41,300 bases of DNA from Candidatus Saccharimonadales bacterium (GCA_040900055.1 JBBDZU010000002.1:84425-125724); one strand, 5' to 3'. Counted from the first letter of the stretch, positions 16,212 through 26,425 are shown. Made by a program: numbers and translations. The notes: generated from the sequence alone by a model not told the origin.

Positions 16212-19141
16212 TAATGTCCTGTAGGCGACCAATGCCATGCCTCTGCTTGGTAATTTTTATATCCATAAGCACCGGCGTTTTTACTTAGCCATTCCCAAAT
16301 AGGGTTCCCAGGTAGGGGCCCAGCCGAAGAAGGTAGCCCCCCAAAATCGATAGCTAGCCCCATTTGATGATTCGAGTAGCCAGGTCGAGCGACCCTAACA
16401 CCATCGCACGGACACAAGTTCTGCTGGTGCTCTATAGTTCGGAAAGAGCTGCCAGCTGAAAGGCTAACACCATCAGCCCTAGCCGCTTGGACCATTGCAT
16501 AGAGCGCTCCCGAAACTCTGGAGTTCACGACTGCCTGACTCCTGGCATCTTTAATTCCGTAGCCATTGTTGCATTCAGCACTATGCGGACAAGGTAGGTT
16601 AGGCAGCGCACATAACCGGATTTTTACTGGCTGACCACCCGAATAACCGGTATGAATCCCCAAATTACGAGTACCATCTGCGCAGGCAATTGAGCTGGAG
16701 TCTTCGGTCAGAGCTCCCGTATCAAAACTTGTACCAGCGGCGGAGGTTGTAGTCGACGAATCAGTACTATAGCTACCGCCAAAACCCAGCTGTGAGCAGG
16801 AATCTTCATCGCCTTCATAACAGGCTAGGCTGTGGGCGGTTATTACGTCGGCCAGGTAAAAGCGGTAGCGTAAAAGTTCTTCGGTTTGGTGCTTACCATC
16901 TAAAACGCCGCGGCAATTTTCCTTCTCTAGGTCCTTATAGTTGACAGAGCCACCTGTTTCTAGGCTTACCCCTCCCCCATTTGGCACAACTTTTGTAGAA
17001 AAGCAGTTCCCATATTTTTCGTTGAGCTCATTTAGCCGAGGCTCTACAAAGGCTTCGTTTTCATAAGGATTTTCAAAACGGGGGTCGGCTTGTTCGTCAG
17101 CACTAAAGCCAAATTCGGGGAAACCGTAGTTATAATTTTGGGCGGCTTGGGCTGTGCCGCCACCCAGATTAACGATACTGGCAAAAGAACCTGTCAAGAT
17201 CTTGGGCAGGTTCATTAAGCTTGACCGGAACTGGGCAAAGCTGCCCGGCATATTATCGAGCAAGCCAGCTACAGCCGAGCGCCTATCATAAGGGTCGAAG
17301 ATCCGCTGGGCGATAGCTCGTTTGCTAAAGTTATATTTATCGCTTTCGGCAGCTTGAGAGTCAAGCACCGCCAACTCGGCATCATTCAAGGATCTGCCGC
17401 CCATAGCTAAGGCCTGGTCATTAGCCATCAATCGTGCGCCATAATTGGCTAAGTTGCCGAGCTCGGCGCCCTTGGCGTATGGGTCCACGCCCCGACCAGC
17501 CGCTACCTTAAGAGCGCCTGTCATAACGTCCTCAACTGAGTAGCCAAGCGGCCCAATAACTGCATCAATGCCAGCGATAAAGGTGGCTGAAGTCCATTCT
17601 CCCACTTGCTTTACTATGGGTATACTGGCTAGCTTACCAGCAACGCCGCATGTTGCGCCTAAGCCCTTAATGTTGTCGAGAATTTGGAAGATCTTGGGTT
17701 TGTCTTTGTCCACCTTGGCCTCTGGAGGGATGTCCGGTCCGGTTTGCGGTTGACCAAGCTCGGCCTGGATGCTGCGGGCCTGGTTCCAGGAAGTTTTAGT
17801 TTCCTCATCGTAAAAATCTTCGGCTATGGCACCAAGCTCGTCTAAGCTAACATTTTGTCCGCTCATTACCTGGTTGCCAGTTGTAATAATTAAGCCTCCC
17901 ATTCTCATCATGGGCAGGAGGGTTGAGGTATACTGGTATTCCTCCACATTTTCACCAAAAGACTTTACGGCGCATAAAGTGCCGATGATTATGGCCGGGC
18001 CCGATGCCGTCCTCAGGGCGGTGCCCAGGCTTTTTAAGGTCGCACTGCCTTCTGGACCAGCATCGCCGGCCTGCTTGGCTTGCTCGATAGTATCGTTGCC
18101 TTGTCGCTCTGCTTCTTTGTCAGCGGGGTCTGTTTGCGGGTTGCCCTCGCTGTCTTCTGTTTGATTAGCTTGGACATTGGCTGGGACTACGTCTACACCG
18201 TTTTTAACTCTATCAGCTCGAGATTTCTTGATACTGGCTTTATATGTTGCCAAAGTTGCGCCTACCGCCCGAACAGGGCTTCTTAGAGGATGAAAATCTA
18301 TTCCACCTCTTTTATTCAATAGTCTTGCACTACCGAAACTCGCTACTTTGCTTGAAGAGGTCCCTTTACTAACCGTGCGGACTGCGGATCTGTTGTAACC
18401 ATCCCGTTTATTTCTAAAATCGGCAATTTGGGCTGACGATGGAGGGCTTTTGCCCTTACTATCCACGGTGCCGCTTGGCGACGCCCTAGTATTAATGTCG
18501 TCTTTTTCAAACTCGGCCAAATATGGCCGGGCCTTGTTACGGTCTACAACCTCAAAGCCAGCGAAACGCTGGAAAATGCCGAACTTGGCCTTGGTGTATA
18601 AAGGCCTTAAACCTGTTTCACGAACCATCCGAGCCTCCCATTTGTCAGCGTATTTATTAGTTATGAAACCCAGACGACTTTTGTTTGGCTGCCCAAGGGC
18701 GGCGTACATGATAGTTCGGGAAGCTCGGCCGTCGCCAAAGTTTTCATTATTGGATAGATGGAATCGCTGTAGTAGCTGGGCAAAATGGATAAATTGCAAT
18801 GGGCCAGAAAAAAATATTAAAAGGGCGGCAATGCCGCCGCCGACTCCCAAGGCAGCACCACCAATGACTACATTTCGGCGTCGCCTTAAGCTAAAACGGC
18901 CACGTCCAGGCTTGTCTTTGCCAGCCCGTCGAAAGCCCTGACCGATTTGATTCTCGTGACGGGTTAAATCCTCGGCGCTGGTAGTCTCTTGGGTGCTTTC
19001 GCTGGCCTGTTTTTCGGGGCTGGATTCAGCTTTGGCTAAGTCCTGGCGGTGAGATCCGGGATCTTTTTTATACCAGTCGGGGCGCCGTGGCGCCGGCTCT
19101 GAAGGCTCGTTGCCCGGCTCTTTGTATACCGGATCAGCCAT
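16211..19141 (-). CDS. Large membrane-anchored protein with C-terminal M15B (VanY-like) Zn peptidase domain
   Basis: TM segment near aa 90-115; C-terminal SSFRT...ARPGYSNHQMGLAIDF...EAWHW. Confidence 0.8.
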   Translation of the reverse strand: MADPVYKEPGNEPSEPAPRRPDWYKKDPGSHRQDLAKAESSPEKQASESTQETTSAEDLTRHENQIGQGFRRAGKDKPGRGRFSLRRRRNVVIGGAALGVGGGIAALLIFFSGPLQFIHFAQLLQRFHLSNNENFGDGRASRTIMYAALGQPNKSRLGFITNKYADKWEARMVRETGLRPLYTKAKFGIFQRFAGFEVVDRNKARPYLAEFEKDDINTRASPSGTVDSKGKSPPSSAQIADFRNKRDGYNRSAVRTVSKGTSSSKVASFGSARLLNKRGGIDFHPLRSPVRAVGATLATYKASIKKSRADRVKNGVDVVPANVQANQTEDSEGNPQTDPADKEAERQGNDTIEQAKQAGDAGPEGSATLKSLGTALRTASGPAIIIGTLCAVKSFGENVEEYQYTSTLLPMMRMGGLIITTGNQVMSGQNVSLDELGAIAEDFYDEETKTSWNQARSIQAELGQPQTGPDIPPEAKVDKDKPKIFQILDNIKGLGATCGVAGKLASIPIVKQVGEWTSATFIAGIDAVIGPLGYSVEDVMTGALKVAAGRGVDPYAKGAELGNLANYGARLMANDQALAMGGRSLNDAELAVLDSQAAESDKYNFSKRAIAQRIFDPYDRRSAVAGLLDNMPGSFAQFRSSLMNLPKILTGSFASIVNLGGGTAQAAQNYNYGFPEFGFSADEQADPRFENPYENEAFVEPRLNELNEKYGNCFSTKVVPNGGGVSLETGGSVNYKDLEKENCRGVLDGKHQTEELLRYRFYLADVITAHSLACYEGDEDSCSQLGFGGSYSTDSSTTTSAAGTSFDTGALTEDSSSIACADGTRNLGIHTGYSGGQPVKIRLCALPNLPCPHSAECNNGYGIKDARSQAVVNSRVSGALYAMVQAARADGVSLSAGSSFRTIEHQQNLCPCDGVRVARPGYSNHQMGLAIDFGGLPSSAGPLPGNPIWEWLSKNAGAYGYKNYQAEAWHWSPTGH

Positions 19142-19147
19142 CTTAGC

Positions 19148-21085
19148 CTAAGCTTCCCTAGATTGCGGGTTGGTTGTTGGTGCCTGCGTGGGCTGCAAAT
19201 CGGCGGCTACTTCTGGCTGATCTACTGGCGTGGCGCCTGCCTGTCCGGTAGGCAGGGGGGCCAAACCTGGCGCCGAGGCAATCAAATCGGCTTCGGTGGG
19301 GCTGGCAATTACTTGCAAATGGACATGGTTTTGGCCGGCAAAAAACAGCCCCTGCCCAACCGGGAACTGGCTGAGGCGTTTTTTCTCTTCGGAAGTTAAC
19401 TTAAAGACATCGGCTAAAACATCAACAGCGGTTGGCGACTGCTTCATTAAAAACTGCATACTGGCATTGGCTACAATTGCCCGGCCCATGCGCGAGGCCA
19501 TAAAATCCTCCACGTCCTGGGTAATAGTAGTAATGCCCAAATTATATTTGCGGGCTCGCTTTGCCAAGCTGAACAGAAAGTTGGCGCTGTCTTCGTAGCG
19601 CATTAGCTGCCAGGCCTCGTCTACCACCAAAATGCGCCTCTTTCTGTCGGCTTTGGTGCGGTTCCAAATGTAATTTAAGACAATGTACATGGCCACTGGC
19701 CGAAGCTCGTCCTCTAAGTCGCGAATGTTAAAGACCACCATGGCGTTATTAACATTGACGTTGCTGGCTTGGCTAAAAATCCCGGCAAAAGTCCCGGAAG
19801 TATATTTTCGCAGGCGCTGAGCCAGTTGCGGACCGCTACCACCCATATGCAATAGTGTGTCGTAAAGGTCGTTAATGGTTGGCGGTGTCGAACCATGAGT
19901 GAGTGGATCGTTAGTGATGCCGGCTTTGGCGTAAGTTTCGATTAAGGCGGCGTCAAGGTCGGCCTCCTCGGCCGGCGACAGGGCCGGCATGGTGGCGGCT
20001 ACCCCACTGGCCAGCATTTGGGCTTGGGCGCCACCCATCATCAAGCGCAGTAAGCCATGCAGGGTTATTAAATTAGAGCGCAGGGCATTGTCCGATTCGT
20101 CACTGTCAACAACTTGGGGCAAGTCAAACGGATTAATGCGGGTGACGGAGTTTAAGCTTAAACGGATGTAGGCGCCGCCCACGGCGTCGCACATTTTTTG
20201 GTACTCGTTTTCGGGGTCGATAATAAAAATTTCGGTGCCCAGCATCATAGCGCGAAGAGCCTCCAGCTTAACGGCAAAGCTTTTACCAGCACCCGATTTG
20301 GCAAAGACCACACTGTTGCCGTTTTCTAATGAAAATCGGTCAAAAATCACCAAGCCGGAATTATGCATGTTAATGCCGTATAAAATGCCGTTATCTTGGG
20401 TCAAATCGGCCGAGGTAAAGGGGAAGCTGGTCGAAATGGCGCCGGTATTCATGTTGCGGTAAATTTGCAGCTGGTCGTTAAACTGAGGCAGGGTAGAATT
20501 TAGGCCCTGCTCCTGCTGGGTGGAAGCCGGTTTGGAATATATTAGCTGTTGGCCCAGCAAGGACTCAACTTTATGGCTAACAAATTCCAGCTCCTCTAAC
20601 GAACTGCCGTAAATAGTAAAATAAAAGCCAAAGCGGAAAAAGCGTTCCTCGCCGACCTGCAATTTGTCGCGCATTTCTTCGGCGTCTTGGACGGCGGCCT
20701 GTTTGCCCGGATCACGGACTTTGCCTTTTTCTGTGTCAATTTGGATGCCGGCTTCTAGCTGACTAACTTTTTTTCGTAGATTCTCTAATACCACTTGGCT
20801 TTGAACCGGCTGAATAATCATCGACAGGTCAATAATTTCGTCCAAGTTTATTAAGTCAGACAACCAGCCGGTATAAAGCTGGCGGGGATAGCCGTAAACA
20901 TAATACGTTCGGGCAAAGCGGGTGCCAATGCGAAAGTGGCTGCTGTCAAACTCAATAGAACTTGGGGCAATAAAGTCGCGAAGCGCTGTCACGCCTTTAG
21001 TAAGCGCAACGTTAACTTCTTGAGCCTCGGCCATTTGAGCAGCTAGGACAGGATCTGAGTCTTTTTTCTTACCAAACCCCAGCAT
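19148..21085 (-). CDS. virB4: VirB4-like T4SS ATPase (monoderm/TraE-TrsE type)
   Basis: Walker A AKSGAGKS, IIDPENEY, INPFD, Walker B ILVVDEAW, KRARKY, ITQDVEDF, GQGLF. Confidence 0.93.
   Translation of the reverse strand: MLGFGKKKDSDPVLAAQMAEAQEVNVALTKGVTALRDFIAPSSIEFDSSHFRIGTRFARTYYVYGYPRQLYTGWLSDLINLDEIIDLSMIIQPVQSQVVLENLRKKVSQLEAGIQIDTEKGKVRDPGKQAAVQDAEEMRDKLQVGEERFFRFGFYFTIYGSSLEELEFVSHKVESLLGQQLIYSKPASTQQEQGLNSTLPQFNDQLQIYRNMNTGAISTSFPFTSADLTQDNGILYGINMHNSGLVIFDRFSLENGNSVVFAKSGAGKSFAVKLEALRAMMLGTEIFIIDPENEYQKMCDAVGGAYIRLSLNSVTRINPFDLPQVVDSDESDNALRSNLITLHGLLRLMMGGAQAQMLASGVAATMPALSPAEEADLDAALIETYAKAGITNDPLTHGSTPPTINDLYDTLLHMGGSGPQLAQRLRKYTSGTFAGIFSQASNVNVNNAMVVFNIRDLEDELRPVAMYIVLNYIWNRTKADRKRRILVVDEAWQLMRYEDSANFLFSLAKRARKYNLGITTITQDVEDFMASRMGRAIVANASMQFLMKQSPTAVDVLADVFKLTSEEKKRLSQFPVGQGLFFAGQNHVHLQVIASPTEADLIASAPGLAPLPTGQAGATPVDQPEVAADLQPTQAPTTNPQSREA
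19236..19256. repeat. Short palindrome CCTGCCTGTCCGGTAGGCAGG within the virB4 3' end
   Basis: 21-nt variant of the 8190-8211 palindrome; encodes LPTGQAG in the low-complexity tail. Confidence 0.7.
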
Positions 21086-21906
21086 TAGACCGCGCCTCCT
21101 GCCGGTGCTTCGCCGGGGGCCTTGCCAATTACCGGCGCGGCTAAATCTTCAAAGTTTTTTAACTGCTGGCGGGTAGCGGTGTCGGGGTTATAAGCATCAT
21201 AGTAAAGCTCGATTAAATCTTGAGTGTCTAGCGGCAAGCTTTGCACGCCGCACTGGTTTAAGCCCTGCATTACTGCCTGGACGCGGTTGCGTAGCTCGGT
21301 CTTGGCATTTTCTAAGACATTTTCGTCAATGGTCACTTTCGGTAGGCCTCCGCCAAATAAGCTCGCCAAGCCGGTAAAAAAGCCGGTGCTTTGTTTTAAG
21401 GCACTTTTGATATTTTCGTCTGGCTCGGGGTATTGGATAACTATATAAAACTTCTTGTCCATAATGTTGGTTTGGGCGGCAATATCACTAAGGAAAGCAA
21501 TGTAATCTTCCATCAGCAAGGCCAGTAACATGTTGTCTTGGCGGGTCCGGACTTGATCTAGCTTTTCCAGGTACGGTCTAAGATCGACCTTTTGGCTGCG
21601 AATAAAAATTTGGATCGGGAAGTAGAGCGAGTTTAAAAAGCCCTGGAAGCTAAACTCTACAGCTTCGCGTTCCTGGGGGCTCATTAGGTCAAAGTTAATA
21701 GACTTGCACATCACCACCGCCCGGAATGTACCATCATTCATAATTACAATGCCGTCTCGGATTTCGCTGATTTGCAGAGTGTTCTGGGTGGTTTCGGTTT
21801 TGGCCGACGGCTTAGGAGCTGGAGCCGTAGTTGGGGCAATAACAGTCGCGCCCATAGCTGGCTCACTACTTGGCGTAATTTGGGAATTTTGATTATTCGG
21901 ATTCAT
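21085..21906 (-). CDS. Conserved T4SS accessory protein upstream of virB4
   Basis: TQNTLQISEIRDGIVIM, SINFDLMSPQEREAV, FLNSLYFPIQI; TAATG-coupled to virB4. Confidence 0.75.
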   Translation of the reverse strand: MNPNNQNSQITPSSEPAMGATVIAPTTAPAPKPSAKTETTQNTLQISEIRDGIVIMNDGTFRAVVMCKSINFDLMSPQEREAVEFSFQGFLNSLYFPIQIFIRSQKVDLRPYLEKLDQVRTRQDNMLLALLMEDYIAFLSDIAAQTNIMDKKFYIVIQYPEPDENIKSALKQSTGFFTGLASLFGGGLPKVTIDENVLENAKTELRNRVQAVMQGLNQCGVQSLPLDTQDLIELYYDAYNPDTATRQQLKNFEDLAAPVIGKAPGEAPAGGAV

Positions 21907-21967
21907 TGTTTCTCCACCCGCTACACCCGTAATTGTTCAAATTACGGTTGGGATTTTGGTTTTTGGC

Positions 21968-22882
21968 CTAGTTTTTGCGATTAGCTAGATGAGCGATAGA
22001 TGCCACGCTTAAAGCATTACCGGCATTCGCTAGCTCAAGTTTAACAGCTTGGTCAGAGCTTGTCACGGTGTTGGCTACGCCCGCGTCAGCATGTAATTTT
22101 TTGATAACCGGATGCTGGGTTTGCAGGCTTTGGTCCTCGGCGTGCAGCCTATCAAGTAACTGTTTTTCTTCTGGCGTTAAGCCATCGGTTTCTTTTGCAG
22201 TCGACACATTAACGCTAGCTGGCTGGCCTGCCTCTCCGGCAGAAAGACGGGCGGCTTGCAGACGGATTTTTGAGGTTTTTTTCCGCACGGCGGCGGCTTG
22301 ATCCATCAAGGTTTGAAAGTTTTGGGCTACAGGGCTGGCTTTTTCGTCCAAAATATCGTCGGCTGCTGAAAGGCCAGGTTCCAGATTTTGGGCTTTTACC
22401 AAGCTATCTTTAGTCTCTACCTTACTTAAATTAACAGAGGAGTTTTTAATGGCCCAACCCCGACTGTCCAGCGTGGTGGCCAGGGCCTGCAGGCGACTGT
22501 TAATTTCCGGTTGGCTAATGTCTTTGACAAGCTGTTTCTCGTCTTTTTTTGGTGCGGTTATGGCTACAGTTTGAGTGGGGGTGTCTTGGCTCCAAATTCG
22601 CCGCCTGGCTTTAAACAAAAACTTAATATGGCTAAGCAGCCAAACCTCGGTAGGCTGTTCTCGCCCCAAAGGCGAGGCCAGCACCGCAAAAAGTATCATC
22701 GGCAGAACAAAGGTTAATATCAAAAGCCAGCGCAACGGTCCCAGCCCTGTAGCTATAAATAATCTAAAGCAAATAAAGCCCAAAAAAACTACCAAAGCCG
22801 CATAAATCAGCTTTTTTAGGGTCAAAGGCCCTAGCAACTTATCTTCTGCCTCTATGTCTTGGATAACCTTATAAACTGCCAT
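21968..22882 (-). CDS. PrgI-family (VirB3-like) membrane protein
   Basis: YKVIQDIEAEDKLLGPLTLKKLIY followed by two TM helices; position upstream of virB4. Confidence 0.85.
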   Translation of the reverse strand: MAVYKVIQDIEAEDKLLGPLTLKKLIYAALVVFLGFICFRLFIATGLGPLRWLLILTFVLPMILFAVLASPLGREQPTEVWLLSHIKFLFKARRRIWSQDTPTQTVAITAPKKDEKQLVKDISQPEINSRLQALATTLDSRGWAIKNSSVNLSKVETKDSLVKAQNLEPGLSAADDILDEKASPVAQNFQTLMDQAAAVRKKTSKIRLQAARLSAGEAGQPASVNVSTAKETDGLTPEEKQLLDRLHAEDQSLQTQHPVIKKLHADAGVANTVTSSDQAVKLELANAGNALSVASIAHLANRKN

Positions 22883-22997
22883 AGCTTAAGTATCTGATAG
22901 ATAAACGCTTATGGCAATATGCCTATCGCGGCAAATCCCCGGAAGTGGGCGGGCTGAAACCTGGGCCGCCAGGAGTTATTATAGTCGGCGGACTTTG

Positions 22998-25900
22998 CTA
23001 ATCTTCATGACTAATCCTAAGCTCTGCAGTTGGATCATCTTCGGGTAGAAGTAGTTTTAAATCTTGGAGCATTTTAATTTTTTGGCGGGCATCGTTAGTC
23101 GCCTGTTCTTCGATTCTTCTAATTTCATCTGGCGGTGGGTTTCTAGCAATAGCTTGCCTAATGACTCGTTGCGCGCGGTCTTGGGCGTTTTTGACTGCTT
23201 GATCCATAAGAGCGTTAAGGTTGTTAATAGCCTGTTGATTGCGGCTTGTTCTGGTAGCCTCTCTAGCCTCACGGACAATCTCGAAAATTCTATCTTGAGT
23301 AATGCCCTGGGCTTCTAGGGCGTACATCGGGTCCTCACTTATAGCTTGAGCAATTTCAAAGGCTAGGCCAGGACGCCTCGGATCTCCTAGATTATCTAGG
23401 ATAGCCGACCTAACTCTAGCTTGGACGTCTTCGGCCCTAAGTTCCTGCTCGCTAGGAAGCGCTGTTATTCTACCTACGCCTTCGCTAGTGGTAACCGGTA
23501 CATTTAAAGCATCTTCAAGCCATTTATCATCTTCCATAATAAGGTTGACGGCTTGTCGGGCGCTCTTCTTACCACCCATTAGGCGTTGGAGTGTAGATGT
23601 TGCTTCAGGTGTGCGTGAAACTTTTAGTTCATTAAGTATTTGTTTTAGCTCGGCTTCAGCTTGGCTAGTTTCAATGCCGGCAGACTTCATTTTTTGAATA
23701 TTGTTGGCCATCATCTGCAGCTGGCCCGGCCTCCAAGTAGCAATGTCTGAAGTATGTTCAAGATTCTGGAATATTTTGGCATAACGGGCATCGTCAGCTA
23801 ACAGTTCTGCAAGCTCTAAAGCCTGAGGTCCCCCAGCCTGTAATCTAGCGGCCACAGCAGGATCTCTCTGTCTAACTTCAGCAAGTCGTTTCCCACCCAC
23901 TAAAAAGTCTTCAGATTTAGGGCCCCCACCCAATGCTTGATTAAAAGGCTGAAGCTCCGGCAGCCATCCAGCAACCTTTTTATAGCGTTCTGAATCGCCA
24001 TTCATCATGCCGATGAACCCATAAGTTTTAGCTAAATCAGGACGGCTGCCGCCGGCTGTTCGCCATTCGGTATCTTCAAGCTCCATACCTGAGTTTGTAT
24101 CTACCAACCAGTTATTAAAGGCTCTGTCAGTAAATTCATCAGTTGACCAACCATATTTGTCTCGGATATATTTTTTTGCATCACCAACGCTGGCGCCGCT
24201 GTTCAATTGCTCAACAAAGTCAGTGTGTACTAAGGCTTTCTTCTGATCGACTAACTCTTGTTGATATTGAGCGCCCTTAGCAATTGTTTCTAACTGCTGA
24301 CGACGAGTTGGAAGTGGTTTACCGGCGCCAATCCTTAGGCCAGCACGCTTTAATTTGCCCTCTTGTTTTTGGGCAGCTAAAGCTTCTGCGACCTGCTGCC
24401 GGTGCCTATCTTGAAGCTTGCTTTGGGCTGCTTCAAAAAGACCAGCGCCCCTGCCTTCTGCCCGCCGCTTATTAATAGCTTCTTGGAGCCTTTGAATTCT
24501 GCTTTCAGTTTGAGCCGCAGCAGCGTATCTTTGCCGGGACTCTTTGGTTGCTATGCCGTATCGCTTTGCTAGGTTACCCTGAGCTCTTTCACCGAGTGTC
24601 CTAAGCCACGGTGCATTAGCGTTTGTTATACCTCTACGTGCGTTCGCGATAGCCATGCCTCCTCCCGATAATAGTGACCCGCCCCATTTGTAGGCCTTGA
24701 AGATTATAAAGTAGGGGCCAAAATAAGCAACTAAAATTATCATGTAGTCAATAGGACCAGCAGTTTGATTATTACCTGCCGCTTCGGCAGTTATTCCAGC
24801 AAAAATTCGACCGGTATAAATAATGGCCATTATCAGCGGGAAAAGCATCAGCAATTTTAGGAAATTATCTTTCCAGAGTTTCCAGTAGTTTTGAGTGCCG
24901 GATAACACCCAGGCGATGATAGCCAGGGGAGCAAATAAAGTTAGTGCCATAATAAGTACGTTTCTAAACAGCAAAACGGCTAAAGCCGCAAAAACCCCAA
25001 TAAACAGGCTAAAGGCTAAAACAAATGCTCCTGGCAGAGCCACAAAACTGACTATCACCCCGCCTACTAAAAGTGCCGGGATAATCAATTGAGAACCGAG
25101 CTCCCATGTTTTGCTGTCAAGCTTATGGAGAATGTTATTAAGATCCATATTCTCCGCTCCCCCAAACGGTGCGGTCAATAACTGCCTAACTCCATTACCG
25201 AGGTCATTAGCCACAGCTATAAACCACTGGCAGATTTCCCACGAAAGCTGTAGGGCGACCACGGCGATAACAATCCGCGGCAGCATTTTTCTAACGGTGT
25301 AGGCTTCAAATGGGCCTCCACCCATAGCTTGGGAGAAAACCATGACGAGCATTAGGATTACCAGCAGAGCCGAAACGATATTGCGAATAAGTGCCCAGGC
25401 TCTATGGACCCCACCCTCATCTGACAAGTTCTTATCGACATCAAATTCTAGCTGGCTAGTAATCAGGCTCTCCATTTTGTCTACTCCCTCGCTAATGGCG
25501 AGAGTGACAGGGCAAAAGAACCATTCGAAGCCTGTATTATCGTTGACGCAGTCTGAAGTGTTATCACCATCAAGCTGCTCATCAAGTGGCGCCTGTTTAT
25601 CTCTTACGCCAAAGATGCTAATAGGAAATGATGAAACTATGTAGCACTGCTTATCGTCGGTAAAATAAGTCCTCAGCCGAGAGTTAGCACTAGCGTCTGG
25701 ATAACCTGCCAGGAATTTATTAGTAATCCTGTATTTAGTACCTTGGTTATTGTTGTCAAGGAGAACAATATCGCCGCCATAGCATCTATCGGTCTTATCG
25801 CGGACTAGCAAGGATTCTGCGGGCGGATTCTCTCCTAGGGGGACGAGTGATAATTCATTTGATACACCCGGCAAGCTAACTAGACTTGAGCCTTCCCAGG

Positions 25901-26360
25901 CCATACCGATGAAAGCTTTGTTTTCTGTTCGAACGCCCCCGGGGAGCTTATTTGGTGAGGTGTCATTACAACCGTTTTGGCTACTTACCCCAAGTGTAAA
26001 GTCAAGATCTATTTCAGCAGGGGCACTTGAGGCTACATTCCCAAATTTATCTAAAGAGATAGCATTATTTTTAATAGTAATGCCGTTAACTGTATCCCCA
26101 CTGCTGCAAAAGAATTCACTGGAAGGCTTGTAGTTATATGTAGTGTCAAAAGGATTGTCATCAATAAACTGGATTGTCTGGCCAGCGAACTCACCTTCAA
26201 TGGTGGCTCGGTTAACAAAACGCAGGCTTGAGCGGCCGTCTTCGATTTGTTTTTGTTCGGATATAACTGCGGCGAAGGCCTTGCCCCCAAACATAAACAA
26301 AAAGCTTATGCAAAGCGCCAAAAAAGAAATTCCAAGTGTTAGCTTTTTGTATGTTTTCAT
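22998..26360 (-). CDS. Extended VirB6/TrbL-like polytopic membrane protein
   Basis: Signal peptide, soluble N-domain, central hydrophobic core (WALIRN, RKMLPRIVIAVV, LFRNVLIMALTLFAPLAIIAWVL, WKLW), long hydrophilic C-tail. Confidence 0.8.
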   Translation of the reverse strand: MKTYKKLTLGISFLALCISFLFMFGGKAFAAVISEQKQIEDGRSSLRFVNRATIEGEFAGQTIQFIDDNPFDTTYNYKPSSEFFCSSGDTVNGITIKNNAISLDKFGNVASSAPAEIDLDFTLGVSSQNGCNDTSPNKLPGGVRTENKAFIGMAWEGSSLVSLPGVSNELSLVPLGENPPAESLLVRDKTDRCYGGDIVLLDNNNQGTKYRITNKFLAGYPDASANSRLRTYFTDDKQCYIVSSFPISIFGVRDKQAPLDEQLDGDNTSDCVNDNTGFEWFFCPVTLAISEGVDKMESLITSQLEFDVDKNLSDEGGVHRAWALIRNIVSALLVILMLVMVFSQAMGGGPFEAYTVRKMLPRIVIAVVALQLSWEICQWFIAVANDLGNGVRQLLTAPFGGAENMDLNNILHKLDSKTWELGSQLIIPALLVGGVIVSFVALPGAFVLAFSLFIGVFAALAVLLFRNVLIMALTLFAPLAIIAWVLSGTQNYWKLWKDNFLKLLMLFPLIMAIIYTGRIFAGITAEAAGNNQTAGPIDYMIILVAYFGPYFIIFKAYKWGGSLLSGGGMAIANARRGITNANAPWLRTLGERAQGNLAKRYGIATKESRQRYAAAAQTESRIQRLQEAINKRRAEGRGAGLFEAAQSKLQDRHRQQVAEALAAQKQEGKLKRAGLRIGAGKPLPTRRQQLETIAKGAQYQQELVDQKKALVHTDFVEQLNSGASVGDAKKYIRDKYGWSTDEFTDRAFNNWLVDTNSGMELEDTEWRTAGGSRPDLAKTYGFIGMMNGDSERYKKVAGWLPELQPFNQALGGGPKSEDFLVGGKRLAEVRQRDPAVAARLQAGGPQALELAELLADDARYAKIFQNLEHTSDIATWRPGQLQMMANNIQKMKSAGIETSQAEAELKQILNELKVSRTPEATSTLQRLMGGKKSARQAVNLIMEDDKWLEDALNVPVTTSEGVGRITALPSEQELRAEDVQARVRSAILDNLGDPRRPGLAFEIAQAISEDPMYALEAQGITQDRIFEIVREAREATRTSRNQQAINNLNALMDQAVKNAQDRAQRVIRQAIARNPPPDEIRRIEEQATNDARQKIKMLQDLKLLLPEDDPTAELRISHED

Positions 26361-26379
26361 GCCACTTCCAGCTGGTTTG

Positions 26380-26425
26380 ACTATAGCATAAGAGGTATGT
26401 TACTTTAAGCGGTTTGTGCTATAGT
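26380..26425. promoter_or_regulatory. Back-to-back extended -10 promoters (TGCTATAGT on each strand) for the T4SS operon and the pilin array
   Basis: ACTATAGCA 26380-26388 (TGCTATAGT on the minus strand) and TGCTATAGT 26417-26425. Confidence 0.6.

Noticed and set aside
22929-22970. c-di-GMP-I riboswitch-like start (GGCAAA-stem-GGAA-stem)
   Set aside because: Lacks the GCAAAG junction and a proper second stem, and is antisense to the flanking genes
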